DNA of 64,000 bases. It comes from Mobula hypostoma (taxonomy: Eukaryota). How positions within the stretch are numbered: the stretch's first letter is position 1; each line of letters begins with the position of its first letter. Below the pieces are notes generated by a model that was not told the DNA's origin, did no database searches, and saw only the letters and a list, made by a program, of their open reading frames with translations. Below, one piece after another: positions 23,119 to 37,309 of this stretch. Location: positions 4,092,001 to 4,156,000 of the forward strand of contig NC_086111.1 of the NCBI RefSeq assembly GCF_963921235.1, read 5' to 3'. A program made the translations under genes and the position numbers.

Positions 23119-26100
23119 AACATAGAAAGCCTACAGCATAATACAGGCCCTTCGGCCCACAATGCTGTGCCAAGCATGAACTTACTTTAGAAACTACCTA
23201 GGGTTACCCATAGCCCTCCATTTTTCTAACCTCCAGGTACCAATCCAGGAGACTCTTAAAAGACCCTATTGTATCCACGCCACCACCATAACCGGCAGCC
23301 CATTCCACGCACTCATCATTCTCTCTGTAAAAAACTTACCTTTGACATCTCCTCTGTACCTACTTCCAAGCACCTTAAAACTGTGCCCTCTTGCGCTAGC
23401 CATTTCAGCCCTGGGAAAAAGCCTCTGACTAGCCACACAATCAATGCCCCTCATCATCTTATACATCTCTGTCAGGTCAGCTCTCATCCTCCGTCGCTCC
23501 AAGGAGAAAAGGCTGAGTTCTCTCCACCTATTCTCGTAAGGCACGCTCCCCAATCCAGGCAACATCCTTGTAAATCTCCTCTGCACCCTTTCTACATCCT
23601 TCCTGTAGTGAGGCAACCAGAACTGAGCACAGGACTCCAAGTGGGGTCTGACCATGGTCCTATATAGCTGCAACATTACCTCTTGTACACCTCTATCAGG
23701 TCACCTCTCATCCCACGTCGCTCCAAGGAGAAAAGGCCAAGTTCACTCAACCTATTCTCATAAGGCATGCTCCCAAATCCAGGCAACATCCTTGGAAATC
23801 TCCTCTGCACCCTTTCTATAGTTTTCACATCCTTCCTATAGTGAGGTGACCAGAACTGAGCACAGTACTCCATGTGGGGTCTGACCAGGGTTCTATACAG
23901 CGGTAACTTTGCCTCTCAGCTCCTAAACACAGTTGATGAAGGCCAATGCACTGTATGTCTTCTTAACAACAGAGTCAACCTGCGCAGCAGCTTTGAGTGT
24001 TCTATGCACACAGACCCCAAGATCCCTCTGATCCTCCACACTGCCAGGAGTCTTACCATTAATACTATATTCTGCCATCATATTTCACCTACCAAAATGA
24101 ACCACCTCACACTTATCTGGGCTGAACTTCTCAGCCCAGTTTTGCATCCTATTAATGTCCCATTGTAACCTCTAACAGCCCTCCACACTATCCACAACAC
24201 CCCCAACCTTTGTGTCATCAGCAAATTTACTAACCCATTCCTCCACTTCCTCATCCAGGTCATTTATAAAAATCATGAACAGAAGGGGTCCCAGAACAGA
24301 TCCCTCAGGCACACCACTGTCACTGACCTCCAAGCAGAATATGACTCATCTACAACCACTCTTTGCCTTCAGTGGGCAAGCCAATTCAGTGGGCTCTGAC
24401 ATCAATTGCTATGAAGTGCTTGAACGATGGGTTATGGCACACATCAACCACAGCCTACTGGTCAACCTCGACGCTTTGCAATTTGCCTACCGGAGCAACA
24501 AGTCAGCTGCAGATGCCATCTCTCTGGCCCTACATTCCTCCTTAGAACACCTGGAGAATAAAGACGCATATGTAAGGCTCCTTTTCATTGACTACAGCTC
24601 TGCCTTTAATACCATTATTCCAAATAAACCGATTCTTAAGCTCCAGAACCTGGGCCTTAGCACTCAGATCTGCAGCTGGATCTTCAACTTCCTCACAGAC
24701 AGGACCCAGGCTGTAAAAATAGGGGACAAGCTCTCCTCTACAATCACGCTGTGTACTCAGTCCCCTGCTGTACTCACTGTACACCCATGATTGTGTAGCC
24801 AAGTTTCCATCAAACTCAATATATAAGTTTCCTGATAACACAACAATTGTAGGCAGTATCTTGGGTAATGATGAGTTTGAGTACAGAGAGGAAATTAAGA
24901 ACCTGGTGGCATGGTGCGAAGACAATAACCTATCCCTCAACGTCAGCAAGATGAAGGGATTGGTTGTTGACTTTAGGAGTAGCGAAACTGCATGACCCCA
25001 TCTACATCGGTGGTGCACAGGTGGAACAGGTCAAAAGCTTTAAGTTCCTCGGGGTCAATATCACAAATGACCTGACTTGGTCCAACCAAGCAGAGTCCAT
25101 TGCCAAGAAGGCCTTTACTTCCTGAGAAAGCTAAAGAAATTTGGCCTGTCCCCTAAAACCCTCACTAATTTTTATAGATGCACCATAGAAAGCATTCTCC
25201 TAGGGTGCATCACAACTTGGTATGGAAGTTGTCCTGTCCAAGACTGGAAGAAGCTGCAGAAGATAGTGAACACGGCGCAGCACATCACACAAACCAATCT
25301 TCTGTCCTTGGACTCACTTTACACCGCATGCTGTCGGAGCAATACTGCCAGGATAATTAAGGACACAACCCACCCAGCCAACACACTTTTCGTCCCTCTT
25401 CCCTCTGGGAGAAGGCTCAGGAGCTTGAAGACTCATACGGCCAGATATGGGAACAGCTTCTTTCCAATTGTGATAAGACTGCTGAATGGATCCTGACCCG
25501 GATCTGGGCCATACCCTCCAAATATCTGGACCTGCCTCTCATTTTTTTTGCACTACCTTACTTCCCCTTTTCTATTTTCTATTTATGATTTATAATTTAA
25601 ATTTTTATTATATTTACTATCGATTTGTACTCCAGGGAGCACGATGTGCAAAATCAAATATTGCTGTGATGATTGTATGCTCTAGTATCAATTGTTTGGT
25701 GACAATAAAGTAATAAAGTAAAATTCTGGATCCACAAAGCAAGGACCCCTTGGATCCCATGTCTCCTTACTTTCTCAATAAGCCTTGCATGAGGTACCTT
25801 ATCAAATGCCTTGCTGAAATCCATATAGACTACATCTACTGCTCTACCTTCATCAATGTGTTTAGTCACATCCTTAAAATATTCAATCAGGCTCATAAGG
25901 CACAACCTGCCTTTGACAAAGCCATGCTGACTATTCCTAATTATATTATGCCTCTCCAAATGTTCATAAATCCTGCCTCTCAGGATCTTCTCCATCAGCT
26001 TACCAACCACTGAAGTAATACTCACTGGTCTATAATTTCCTGGGCTATCTCTACTCCCTTTCTTGAATAAGGTAACAACATCTGCAACCCTCCAATCCTC

Positions 26101-26595
26101 CGGAACCTCTCTCATCCCCATTTGACGATGGAAAGATAATTGCCAGAGGCTCAGCAATCTCCTCCCTCGCCTCCCACAGTAACCTGGAGTATATCCCACC
26201 CGGTCCCGGTGACTTATCCAACTTGATGCTTTCCAAAAGCTCCAACACATCCTCTTTCTTAATCTCTGCATGCTCAAGCTTTTCAATCCACTGTAAGTCA
26301 TCCCTACAATCGCCAGATCCTTTTCCGTAGTGAACACTGATGCAAAGTATTCATTAAGTACCTGTGCTGTCTCCTCCGGTTCCATACACACTTTTCCACT
26401 GTCACACTTGATTGGTCTTATTCTCTCGTGTCTTATCCTCTTGCTCTTCATATACTTGTAGAAGGTCTTGGGGTTTTCCTTAATTCTGCTTGTCAAGGCC
26501 TTCTCATGGCCCCTCCTGGCTCTCCTAATTTCATTCTTAAATTCCTTCCTGCCAGCCTTATAATTTTCTAGATCTCTATCATTATCTAGTTTTTT
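23119..26595 (-). mobile_element. CR1 LINE (5'-truncated, decayed) with an internal tandem duplication and a nested Rex-like element
   Basis: ORFs 25654..26496 (NYRPVSITS, YMDFSKAFDKV), 23266..23676 and 23676..23873. Confidence 0.92.
24388..25721 (+). mobile_element. Rex1/Babar-like LINE 3' portion nested in CR1
   Basis: [33 protein letters not shown] motifs. AATAAAGT tail. TSD AATTC on both sides. Confidence 0.88.
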
Positions 26596-27492
26596 TGTGT
26601 GTCAGAATTCACAGATTTGTCTTCTGCTATTTGCAAGTCTCTGTCATCTACTTTAGCCTACCATACCATGCAACCTCAAAATGGTTCCACTTCTAACAGT
26701 TCCTAATTTTGATTAAAACTATTGACTTGTGCCATTATCTCTATCTCTTTCCATAGATACTAACTGACCTGCTGAGTATTTTCTGTAGTTTCTAGCTTTG
26801 TTTTAGGACTGAGATAAAGGGGAATGTCTTCACTCAGAGAGTTGAGAATCCTTATAATTATTCTCCCCTGGAGGGTTATGAATGCTTAGACAATGAGTTC
26901 ATTCAAACAACAACCAAAAACCTTCGGGATATTAAGGGATAAATGGGTAGGCCTGGAAAATTAAGCCTAGGTAGAAGAATAGCCACAATCTAGATGAATG
27001 GTAGTGAAGACTCAAAGAGACAGATGACATATTTGAGACATATATGGTTTTGAACTGTGAGCGACCGAGCATACACTGCTCTTACAGCAGAGCTGGCCTG
27101 TTCTGATGCAAACTGAAGAGCGGTTATCTGAAATAGTTGAATTCGACGAGATGTGAGCAGACAGAAGATGAGACGCTGCTCCTCTCAGTTGTGTTGGACA
27201 GCCTCAGCACTCCAATTGACTGGCCTGACCCACAAAATGTTGAAATGCTGGAATGACAAGGAAGCAAATAAAGAAGATGATGTGTTCCTGTTGAGTTGGG
27301 GAGCTGCTTATAGTGTATTGGCAAGTGTGGTTGTGGGAAATTTACATAATCAACCCTTTGTAAGTTCTCATAAAGCTCACCAACCAGAAATGTTAACTTT
27401 TAACTGTTTCTCTCTCTATAGTTATTCTTTTACCTGAGTATTTCTGGCATTTTTAGGTGTTACTCGCTTTACCTTCTAGGAATAACCTATGG

Positions 27493-27806
27493 TGAAGCTG
27501 GCGGTGGTGGTGGTTGTCCGACGGTGACAGGACACCTATGCGGGAGAGTTTGTGAGGTTGTAAAGCCATTGATGGCACTGGATGTCACAGTAGAACTTAT
27601 CCGTCCGGCTGACTTCGCACGCTCGGACAGGCATGTCCTTGTCTCCCCAGGGTATAGCTCGCTCCTCTTTGGCCCCCACAGGGCATCCAGCCTCCACTTG
27701 TGGCTGTTTACATTAGACAGCGGCCATACCCCGGTGCTCTGCTTTGACAGGCGGGCTAAACCAGGTGAGGCTGGTTGTCAAGCCTCGTATGCCGGTAAAA
27801 TATTAC
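27493..27806 (-). mobile_element. Short RTE-related non-autonomous retroelement
   Basis: CpG-rich insert with an (ACC)n tail and approximate TSD TAA(C/G)CTATGG. Confidence 0.5.
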
Positions 27807-29402
27807 TAAGCTATGGCTCAGCTGTTTCTGCGTTTTTGAAATTTAACAAGTAAAAACAGCTGGTGAGACCATCCTCAATGTAGTGATTGGTATCAATTGT
27901 GAGTCTCATAATTGCTTGAATCTCTGGTGCCGTATTAAAAGAAGCAGCAGGAACTCTACATTGTGAAAGCTTCCAGTAGCGAGGGCACCATTCCTGGAGC
28001 GGATATGATTGATTAATACCTCTGTTGATCAAATCTGACATTTAAAATGCTGCGAGTGTTGAAAGTAACTTTAAGCGTTCTGCAGTGGCAGCATTACACT
28101 GCTTTTATTGGGAATATTACAGTCATAATTCTTTAAATTGCCTGTTTGCTGAGTAAATTAACTGTAATGTATAATCATTAGCTTGCTGTGAACCCAACAC
28201 CAGACCTTAGCTGACGCAGACACACTGCATCTTTAATCAATGTATTATCAGGACTGGTGACCGATCTCGGCCCCTTTCCATAGCTGCTGCCTGGCCCGCT
28301 GAGTTCCTCCAGCATTTTGTACGTGTAGGTTGCCTACTTAACACATATTTCACACTGAGAACAGATATTAGTTAATATTTATTGAAAGTTCATTACAGTT
28401 TGCTAATGGCAAGTACACTACTGAGTATTTGACATTACCAATGATAATAACTGTTGTTGCTTCAAATATGATCCAATAACTTAGTAAGAAGACATCCGTG
28501 TTGGGATTTTAATGACTGCTGGTTGCTTTCAGAATTCAGATCAGTGAAGTAGTACAGTATAGCCATTGCAAGAGTACAAGTCTGACAGACAGGTGATCAG
28601 AGTGTTTGTGTTGCAGAACAGAACTTAGATTACCGATTACAGCGAAGCTCCTGCTTAAAAAAAAATAGCAAGCTTGGCAGTATGATTCTTCAGTTCATTT
28701 TATACAATGGTAACATACTATAGTACTTCGCAAAACTGGTTTCCACAGCACACACCCACAATTCTGCCACACTTGTTCTTCCTCGATATGGATTCAAATA
28801 TCAGCAGCACCTCTACAATACATCAAGGTTTCAGGTTAACCCTGAGGAAGGTGGAGAAAGGGCCAACTCGGCTAAACCTACCTGTTCACAAACGATCTAT
28901 TTCTCAGCTATAAACTGAGCTGGTTAAGATCAACTATGAAAGGATCAGATTCCTCCAGTGCAAAGTTGGTCAGCCCATTCAATCAGATGCAGAAAGAAAA
29001 TGTAAGAACAATAGCAACTGTCTCAGAAGATAATTCAGGAAGGCAGGTGAAACCCACAGAAGAGATGTAGGAACAGTTTGCTTTACCACCAGCCAAAGAT
29101 GGAACCAACTTCTTGAGTAATTTCTCTTCTCGCTGCTAACAGCCAACACGAGAATCAAGGATCATTGAGACCACATGCAGCTAAAGGCCCAAAAACCCGA
29201 ATACCAAGAGCTTCAGTGACAGCGCTACCCTGGAATGGGTCAAAGGAACAGTACCTACTGTTTCTTAAACCTTATGCGACTCCCTTTCTGTGAAATGTAC
29301 TTTTTCTACCACCATCTGCCTTATGCGCCCCCACCCCATGGTTTGATATTAGAAATTTATAGTATCTTGATAATAAATGGATGAATAAATCTCAAGCAAT
29401 AA

Positions 29403-29798
29403 ATGGAGAGGCAGAGGATGAGAGGTGATCTGATAGAGGCGTATAAGATGATGAGAGGCATTGATCGTGTGGATAGTCAGAGGCTTTTTCCCAGGGCTGA
29501 AATGGCTAATACAAGAGGGCACAGTTTTAAGGTGCTTGGAAGTAGGTGCAAAGGAGATGTCAGGGGTCAGTTTTTTACTCAGATAGTGGTGAGTGCGTGG
29601 AATAGGCTGCCAGTGACGGTGGTGGAGGCAGATACAATAGGGTCTTTTAAGAGACTCCTGGACAGGTACATGGAGCTTAGAAAAATGGAGGGCTATGGGT
29701 AACCCAAGATAATTTCTAAAGTAAGTACATGTTCAGCACAGCATTGTGGGCCGAAGGGCCTGTATTGTGCTGTAGGTTTTCTATGTTCTATATTTCTA
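29403..29798 (+). mobile_element. CR1 3' fragment
   Basis: ORF 29403..29702 plus CR1 3'UTR and tail. Confidence 0.9.
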
Positions 29799-29957
29799 AA
29801 TGGTTGAGAGGAAATGCAGGAAGATTTGAAATTAATACAAGGGACCACAGTACATTAACTCATGGGGAGGGCGTGGAAATAGAATAAACATGGTTTAAAG
29901 AATAATTAATATATTTTGTGTCATAGAGATCACCTCCATATATTATTTCCATAAAAT

Positions 29958-29963
29958 TTTATT
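29958..29963 (-). terminator. Candidate TADA3 polyadenylation signal AATAAA
   Basis: AATAAA on the minus strand ~380 nt after the TADA3 stop. Confidence 0.6.
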
Positions 29964-30341
29964 GGAGCAGGGGTGAGTGAAGACAATCTTTCTCAAAAGT
30001 TATAAAGTGTCAGTTGTTAACATCACATTTGGACTATCAATAGTACAATCACCTATAAATACTACACTCTTATCAGAACACGCAGCAGAAACTTTACTCT
30101 TACATACAGTACAGATTCAAACTAGCAAAGCACAACATTCAGATTTCTATATAATAGATATCCACCTTCGACATACAAGACAAGCAAGCTGCAACAGAGA
30201 CAGCCTGCTGCAATGGAATGTTACCAGTTCAGAACAGGGAAATCTAAATCATCTTTTTTGTCAGTTCAAGTCCAGACAACTCAGAAACGACAAAAGCTTC
30301 CCCAAATATTTTGTATTAACAGTGTGTTGGCAAAGTTGCCT

Positions 30342-30534
30342 TTAACTGTCCAACAGTTTTAAGATGCTCTCTCTTTCCTTCAGTGCTTTCCATGCCTGAT
30401 CTTTCTCTTTTTTTGTTGGCGTTCGTTTCTTTTGGCGTGCTGCCATGATCTTCCGGAAGGCATCCATGACTTCGTTGTCTGCTATCCTCACTCGTTGTCG
30501 TAACTCCTGTTTTTTTAACTCCTCTTTGGCTAGT
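30342..30534 (-). CDS. TADA3: TADA3 coding exon 8 (last)
   Basis: LAKEELKKQELRQRVRIADNEVMDAFRKIMAARQKKRTPTKKEKDQAWKALKERESILKLLDS*. Acceptor ccag at 30535. Confidence 0.96.
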
Positions 30535-30724
30535 CTGGATTTAAAGAAAGATACAGAGTTGGTTATTATCATGAGAAAGAGGATCAAGTGTTGAGAAGAC
30601 ACACACTCAACGCTTTAGAAACAGCTTCTTTCCCTTCACCGTCAGACCTCTGAACGGAAAATGAAGCCACGGACACTGCCTCACTAATTTTGCTCTCTCT
30701 TCGCACTGCTTATATAAATGGTAT

Positions 30725-31493
30725 AGAGTGGATTCTGGTTGATTGGACACATCAGGACCAGTACATTTTGGTCCAAATCCCCAATTTGCTGAAGTTTCAT
30801 GGAAATAGTTAAAAAGGTATAAAAAAAATAAACTGTTGTTAAACTGAGTAACAAATTATATATTTAAATGAAATACAGAAAAAAATTATAACATTACCAA
30901 CACTACTACATTATTATAAAACTGTGCATTAGTCCCTAATATTTATCAATGGGGGAATTAATTGAAAAGGGAAACTGCCGTGTACATTTCATAGACTGTA
31001 AATGTACAAAATTAGTGCAGATAGTGAACTGCCTTCATACAATGCATCTTCCAAATCTTCATTTTCATTGTAACACTCACAATGATTGTTGATATCTTCA
31101 AATTCATCATAGTTTCTAACTTGAGGAAGTAGGGAAACCGTTTCATTTTCACTCCTAGCAGTTTCTGGCATCTCCAAGCCTAAATGCTTGAAATCACAGT
31201 GACTAAAACAGTTCTGAGTTGTTTTATTGCTTATTTCTCACCAACTGTCAGTGTCAAACACACACAACTGCTGCTATTTAAAAACTGTTCATTCTAAGCA
31301 CACTGTGCTGTCCAACAGCCACACAAGTGCATGTGACTGATGCTAGTTCATCTCCTGTCCCAATTATGTAGCATAGTTTTCCAAATAAACAAAAGGAGTC
31401 CTGGCTATTTTCTCGATTAGTTGTTCTTTAAGAGTTGTCCCAAACAAGCAGCTGTCCCTATTATCTGATTGGCCTATTAACTGGAATCCACTG
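30725..31493. mobile_element. Tigger/pogo-like non-autonomous DNA transposon (copy 1)
   Basis: TIR AGTGGATTCTGGTT...AACTGGAATCCACTG with TA flanks. Same family as 41209-41993 and 47617-49058. Confidence 0.75.
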
Positions 31494-31919
31494 TATATAT
31501 GCTTATTGCAATTTATAGTATGGTTTATGTACTGTACTGCTGCCATAAAACAACAAATTTCATGACATATGTTATTGATAATAAACGTTATTCTGATAAT
31601 AAAATTCAAAATTCTCAGATTATCACTTCCATCAGTACCAGCAGAGGATTATTTGAGGGGTGTGGGCATGAATATGGTGGTTGTTACAGATGGATACGGG
31701 CTTGACAGATTCTGCAGCATCTCTCAAGCTGTTACCCGTCTCCAGAACTGCTAAACTACGTGCCTGTTCCTCAGGCAGCACCTTCACAATAGGGTTCAAA
31801 TAGAAGCATCCATGTAACAAATCACAAGATGAAAGAATAAAGTCTTTCTAGGCGTTGGTTCTAAAGTTCAGACTTCTGTTGTGTGTCACCAAATTTATCA
31901 ATTAGCAAATTCTCTAGTA

Positions 31920-32820
31920 CAGTCGGCCCTCCTTATCCGCGAGTTCCACAAGCGCGAATTCACCCAACCGCGAATCGAGAAAACCCAGAAATGCTCTTCC
32001 AGCACTTGCTNNNNNNNNNNNNNNNNNNNNNNNNNNNNNNNNNNNNNNNNNNNNNNNNNNNNNNNNNNNNNNNNNNNNNNNNNNNNNNNNNNNNNNNNNN
32101 NNNNNNNNNNNNNNNNNNNNNNNNNNNNNNNNNNNNNNNNNNNNNNNNNNNNNNNNNNNNAACAAAATACCGGAAGTTCTCTTACTAAGTAAGTCGGAAC
32201 AGGTACATCCGATATTATTTACCGTCAGTTAGTCAAATGTTTGTCGTAGTATATAGTATATATTTTACCTTCCTATGCATATAAAACACTTAAGGAACAG
32301 ATGTTTCAGCGCCAGGCTTGGGAACGAAAGTTCCCGAGTTCGATCCAGTGACAGACCGCTCCCGAGCACTCACCATCCCTGCCGGGTTGATGTGGAGGAT
32401 CAAAAACCCAAAACCCAATAATTAAACCACTGCGTTGCTTAGTAATAATGGTAGCTTTAATCAGGCAGGACCTTTCTCATTTTATCCTTTAAAATTGTTC
32501 CTATCATTGACCGACTGTAGCCTAATGCTTTTCCAATGACCGATGGCGTTTCACCTTTTTCTGATTGCTTTATTATTTCCACTTTATTTTCAATCACGAT
32601 CGTGATTATTTTCGTGAACAGAAACAATGCAGATTCAGAGCTCCGCCGCCGGGTCCTAATGCCCACCGCACTGAGACAGGTTAAATAAGGTCCGGGCTTC
32701 CACTGGGTCCTAAGGTCCACCGCATTGAGACAGGTTGAATAAGGGACTTGAGCATCCGCGTTTTTTGGTATCCGCTAGGGGCCCCGGAACCAATCCCTCG
32801 CAGATAAGGAGGGCCGATTG
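31920..32820 (-). mobile_element. Tigger-like DNA transposon derivative spanning an assembly gap
   Basis: TIRs CAGTCGGCCCTCCTTATC / GATAAGGAGGGCCGATTG. ORF 32457..32720 has a CENP-B/psq HTH (IENKVEIIKQSEKGETPSVIGKALGYSRSMIGTILKDK). Confidence 0.85.
32011..32160. other. Assembly gap (150 N)
   Basis: Run of N. Confidence 1.
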
Positions 32821-33107
32821 AATTGTCAAATCCAAGTTTAGATAAGTCTTTCCAATTAATTAGTTGTCAAAGGTCAAATAGCAAAATAGCTAGTTCCGTA
32901 AAATATTCTTTCATCTGCATTTTCAAGCAATCCAGGATACTTTTATTCAAAAAAATAAGATTCCATCTAAAAACTCACGAAGGAGTTTTAGTTTGAGGGA
33001 TGTGTCACCTGAACTCTCCCCTCCAGTTTCTGTGCAAATACCACTATTTCCCATCCATCTCTCACTGTACAGAAGAGCACAACAGCCAACGCAAATAGAA
33101 TGCCAGA

Positions 33108-33975
33108 CACACAAGAGATTCTGTGGATTTTGAGCCGTTCACGTGAAATGATCAAGGAACACAGTGGAAGGGAATAAACAATTGATGTGTTGCCCGAGGG
33201 CCTTCATCGGGACTGGAATGGAAGCGGGAAGAATCCAGAATAAGAAGATAGGGGAGGGGAAGCAGTGGAAGCTGGCAGGTGACAGGTGAAGGGGAAAGTG
33301 GATGGGTGGAGGAGAGGGATGAAGTGAGAAGCTGGGAAGGGATAGATAAAGAGCTGAAGAGGAAGGAATCTAATAACAAAGGACAGTGGACCATGTAAGG
33401 AAGGGAAGAAAGAGGGCTACTAGAAGGAGGTGATGGGCGTGAAGGAGAAGAAAAGGTATGGGAGGGCACCCATGATGGGAAATGGAAGAAGAGGAAGGGG
33501 GATAAATTATCGGAAAAGAGAGAAATTGATGACGATGTTGTTGGAGGCTACTCAGATGGAATATCAGGTGCTAAGCCTTCAAACTGAGTTCGGTCTCATC
33601 ATAGCAGTAGAGGAGGCCATGGGAAGAAGACCCATGAGAATGGGAACGGGAAGTCAAAATGAAAAGGTTAGTGAAAAGGTCAAAATGAAAAGAATGGGAA
33701 GTCAAAATGTAAACGGTTTTACACCGGACAGAGCAAAAGTGCTTAACAATAGTCTCCCAATCTGCATTGGATCTCACCAACGTAGAGGAGGCCGCACTTG
33801 GAGCACCTGACAGAACAGATGATCCCTACAGACTCATAGGTGAAGTGTCGCCTCACCCGGAAGGACTGTTTAGAACTCTGAATGGTGGTGAGGGAGGAGA
33901 TGTAGGGGCAAGTGTAGCACTTGTCATGTTTGCAGAGACAAGTACCAGGAGGGAAATCAGTGGAGAAGGATAAGT
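33108..33975 (-). mobile_element. Penelope-like element 3' part (Zn finger, GIY-YIG endonuclease, 3'UTR, pLTR)
   Basis: ORF 33743..34066: CKHDKCYTC...GIICSVRCSKCGLLYVGE. ORF 33571..33780: HGLLYCYDETEL. Followed by the hammerhead-bearing terminal unit. Confidence 0.88.
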
Positions 33976-35575
33976 GAGTCAGATAACTTGTGTTAAGTAG
34001 GGAACCAAAATACATGCAGCTAGAGAAGGTCAGCCTAATACTGATGTTAATGATAAAGGGCTGCATCTTTAAAAGTCTTTCTTGTTGCTACGTTAAATTT
34101 GTGAACACTTCCCAGTTCAGCTACATTTCAGTAAGTGTCATTTCATAGTTATTTTCCTTTAAAGGTTCAGTATCTATTTACAGCTGAAAATTATTTTGAT
34201 TCTAAATCAGTCTCCTCAGGAAATTGGAAAAGATTAATTTGGGAAACTACAAAATGAAGTACTTTTATGTCTGGAGCAGTGTATTATTGCTATCAAGTGT
34301 CAAACCAAATATAACATAGAGTTCAAGTAGATTCATGTTCTCTGAGTAACTGTTCTTAAAAATGTAGGTAGAAGCTTTTGTCCTAATTACCTAAATACTC
34401 AAAAAAAATAGATTTTTCAAAATAGTCTGCTTTAACTTTTGAAAATACATAAGCACAAAATTTACTTGTTTTGTCACTAGCTACTAATTCATGCAACTTC
34501 TCTCATTAAAAGAATCATTTATCAAGTATAGTTTAAAAAACACCATATACCAAACTGAAATACAATAAGAATTCACACTTTTTATTCATTTGGTAAGTGG
34601 AATCAAGTGTTGTACATTTCTCCCTGCCTGTGTTCTGCTTCATTCTACATAATTATGTTAGGTAAAGAAATGACTTTCAGTTTCAGATACACATACAATG
34701 TGGCCACTTTATCACATACTGTACCTCCTTTACCTAATAAACTGGCCACTGAATATAGCTTGTGGGCTGTATTACATCCACTTCAAGATTCAATGTGTTG
34801 TATGCTCAGAGATGCTCTCTGCACACCACTGTTGTAATGCATGGTTATTTGAGTTACTGTCACCTTCCTGTCAGCTTGAACCAGTCTGAACATTCTCCTC
34901 TGACCTCGCATTAACAAGGCATGCTTGCCCACAGAACGGCTGCTCACTGGATGTTGTTTTGTTTATTGATATGCTCTCACCATCTCATTCATGCAGATGG
35001 CTATAACCTCTGTGTCCTCTTAGTCTCCAAGCTGGGACTTCTGAGCCCAACTACCTGCTCAGAGGTGGACCTTATCTCCGGCCTGGTAATACTGCACAGT
35101 TTCAATTCTTTCTCAGCCCTTTTTTTACTGAAACCATCATTAATGCCCATTCTCATTCACTTCCTCCGGCAGCTGATTTCACCTTTTGTGTTCAAAAAGT
35201 GTCCCTCAAGTTCCTATCAAATATTTCACTCTCACCTTAAATCTCTAGCCTCTAGAGTCATGGAACAATACAGCACGGATACAGGTCCTTCAGCTCAATC
35301 ACTCCATGCTGTCCTACTAGCTAGTTCCAAATTCCTGCATTCAGCTACTCTATATCTTCCCAGGAACCCCCCCTCCCCCGCTTACCTATTCATATGCTAA
35401 CGAAAGTGCTCAGCTTTTGGGTGACTTCTCCGAAAATAAAATATTCATCAGAAAAATTAGTGCCCAAATACACTCAACCAACCATTCTTCAAAGCTGTGC
35501 TGTATAAAATGTTACCTTCCATCACACCCAAAGCCGTTAGCATCCAGAATTCTTAACCTAGCCTTTTTACACTAC

Positions 35576-35761
35576 CTGAGAAGTTCCTGTTTCTTTGCTC
35601 GATTATGGCTACTGAGGGCTTTCAGTTCTGCCTGACGTTTACGCAGTTCCGCTAGAACTTCATCCTCAGAGTCTTCAGTAGGACGATCCTCAGAATCCAA
35701 CAGACCCTGTGCAATTAGTTCTTCTTTAATTCGAGCTTCCAGAGATTTTGTATGAGGAACA
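35576..35761 (-). CDS. TADA3: TADA3 coding exon 7
   Basis: VPHTKSLEARIKEELIAQGLLDSEDRPTEDSEDEVLAELRKRQAELKALSSHNRAKKQELL. AG/GT boundaries; 186 nt. Confidence 0.95.
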
Positions 35762-37309
35762 CTGCAAAAGATACATAAGGAGATGTTAAAAGCTTTTCAT
35801 CATAAATAATGACAAGTGATCATTATATTAAATGGCTATCATAATGGTCTCACAATTAATAAACATTAGGTTACAGCAATGCGGAAACTAGGTTTTTGTT
35901 AAAAAAAACTTGTTCTGCAGAAAGGCTACACAAAGCATTTTTTTATATAACTATCTGCAATTGTCTTACTATGTAGCAAGACCTGGTATATGCAAATTTA
36001 TGATTACAAAGTTGTTTAAGTATTAATTGTAAGTGTAAGGCGGAAATGGTTTACTGGAATTTTTCTTCACACTGCAGGTAAACAAAACGCATGTTGGTAT
36101 CCACACATTAAGAGGTCAACATCCAAAGTGTTTACCTGGTCACATTAATCTCGGTGAATGAAGGAAACTTTTGTATTTATGTCAATAAAACTAATAATTT
36201 CCTCAAAGAGTAATTTATAATAAAACGTAACACAGATTATATAAGAGCAACATATTTCTTTCATTTCACAATCTGTTAATTTAGTAATGCCCTAGGAGAA
36301 AGCTTAAGTGTGCAAGGAAAGTTAGCACTTAACATTTCTGGAGTATACAGTAGTGTGTAAAAGTTTTAAGGCGCCCGAGATTTTTTTAATATTGTTTCAG
36401 ATGTTATTATCATCATCATCATCATCATCATCATCAGGTGCCGTGCCCAGATTGAGCCATGGCCCACACACTCCTGTTTCAGGTCAAATGGATCAATTCA
36501 CTGGTATTCATTTCCAATTCTCTGCTGTGGCTGCTGTCTCCAACATCATTTGTCTTTGTCTTCCTCTTGGTTTCTTCCCTTCAATCTTTCCCATAATTAC
36601 CGTGCATTCCAACTCCTCTTTCCTAATCACATGTCCAATGAAGTTACATTGCCTTTTCATGATCTCATACATTATTTCTCTTTTTGTCTTTGCTCTGTTC
36701 ATGATATCCTTGTTAGATATTCATTTCGTCCATGAATTCTTTGCATCCTCCTCAAAAACCACATCTCTGCTGCTTCAATTCGTTTCCTCATGTTTCTAGA
36801 CATTGTCCAACATTCTGATCCATATAACATAACCTATAAACGTAACATTTCAGTACTCTGAGGTGGGTTGTCATGCCTAGTTTAGTGTTGGTCAGTATAC
36901 TCTTCATTCTTGTAAATGTGTCTTTTGCCATCCCTATGCTTCTTTTGAAGTCCATGTTGCACCTGCCATCTGATGTCACCCAGCTTCCTAAGTAGCAAAA
37001 GACTTGTTTTATGTCTTCCCCATTTATTCTCAGCCTGTAGACAGGATTCTCCTTCTTTTTGGATATCACCATACATTTTCTTTTTGCGATTGATATATAG
37101 ACCCATTGTTGCAATTTCTTCAACAGCTATATCAATTAAGTTTTGTAGTTCTTCCTCCGTACTTGCAATTAACACAGTGTCATCTGCATATCTGAAATTA
37201 TTAATGTTTTCACCACCAACTTTGATTCCCAAGATGTCTCTTATTTTTTGTAATATTGTTTCACTGTACACATTAAATAAATCAGGGGAGAAAACACACC
37301 CTTGTCTAA

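Noticed and set aside
27811-28041. 76-aa protein-like ORF
   Set aside because: No recognisable family, no convincing donor and no partner exons.
28540-29280. Unique-looking sequence as downstream exons of the orphan promoter
   Set aside because: Only short ORFs and no consistent splice pattern; cannot be supported without RNA data.
31881-32192. ORFs containing X runs
   Set aside because: Artefacts of the 150-N gap.
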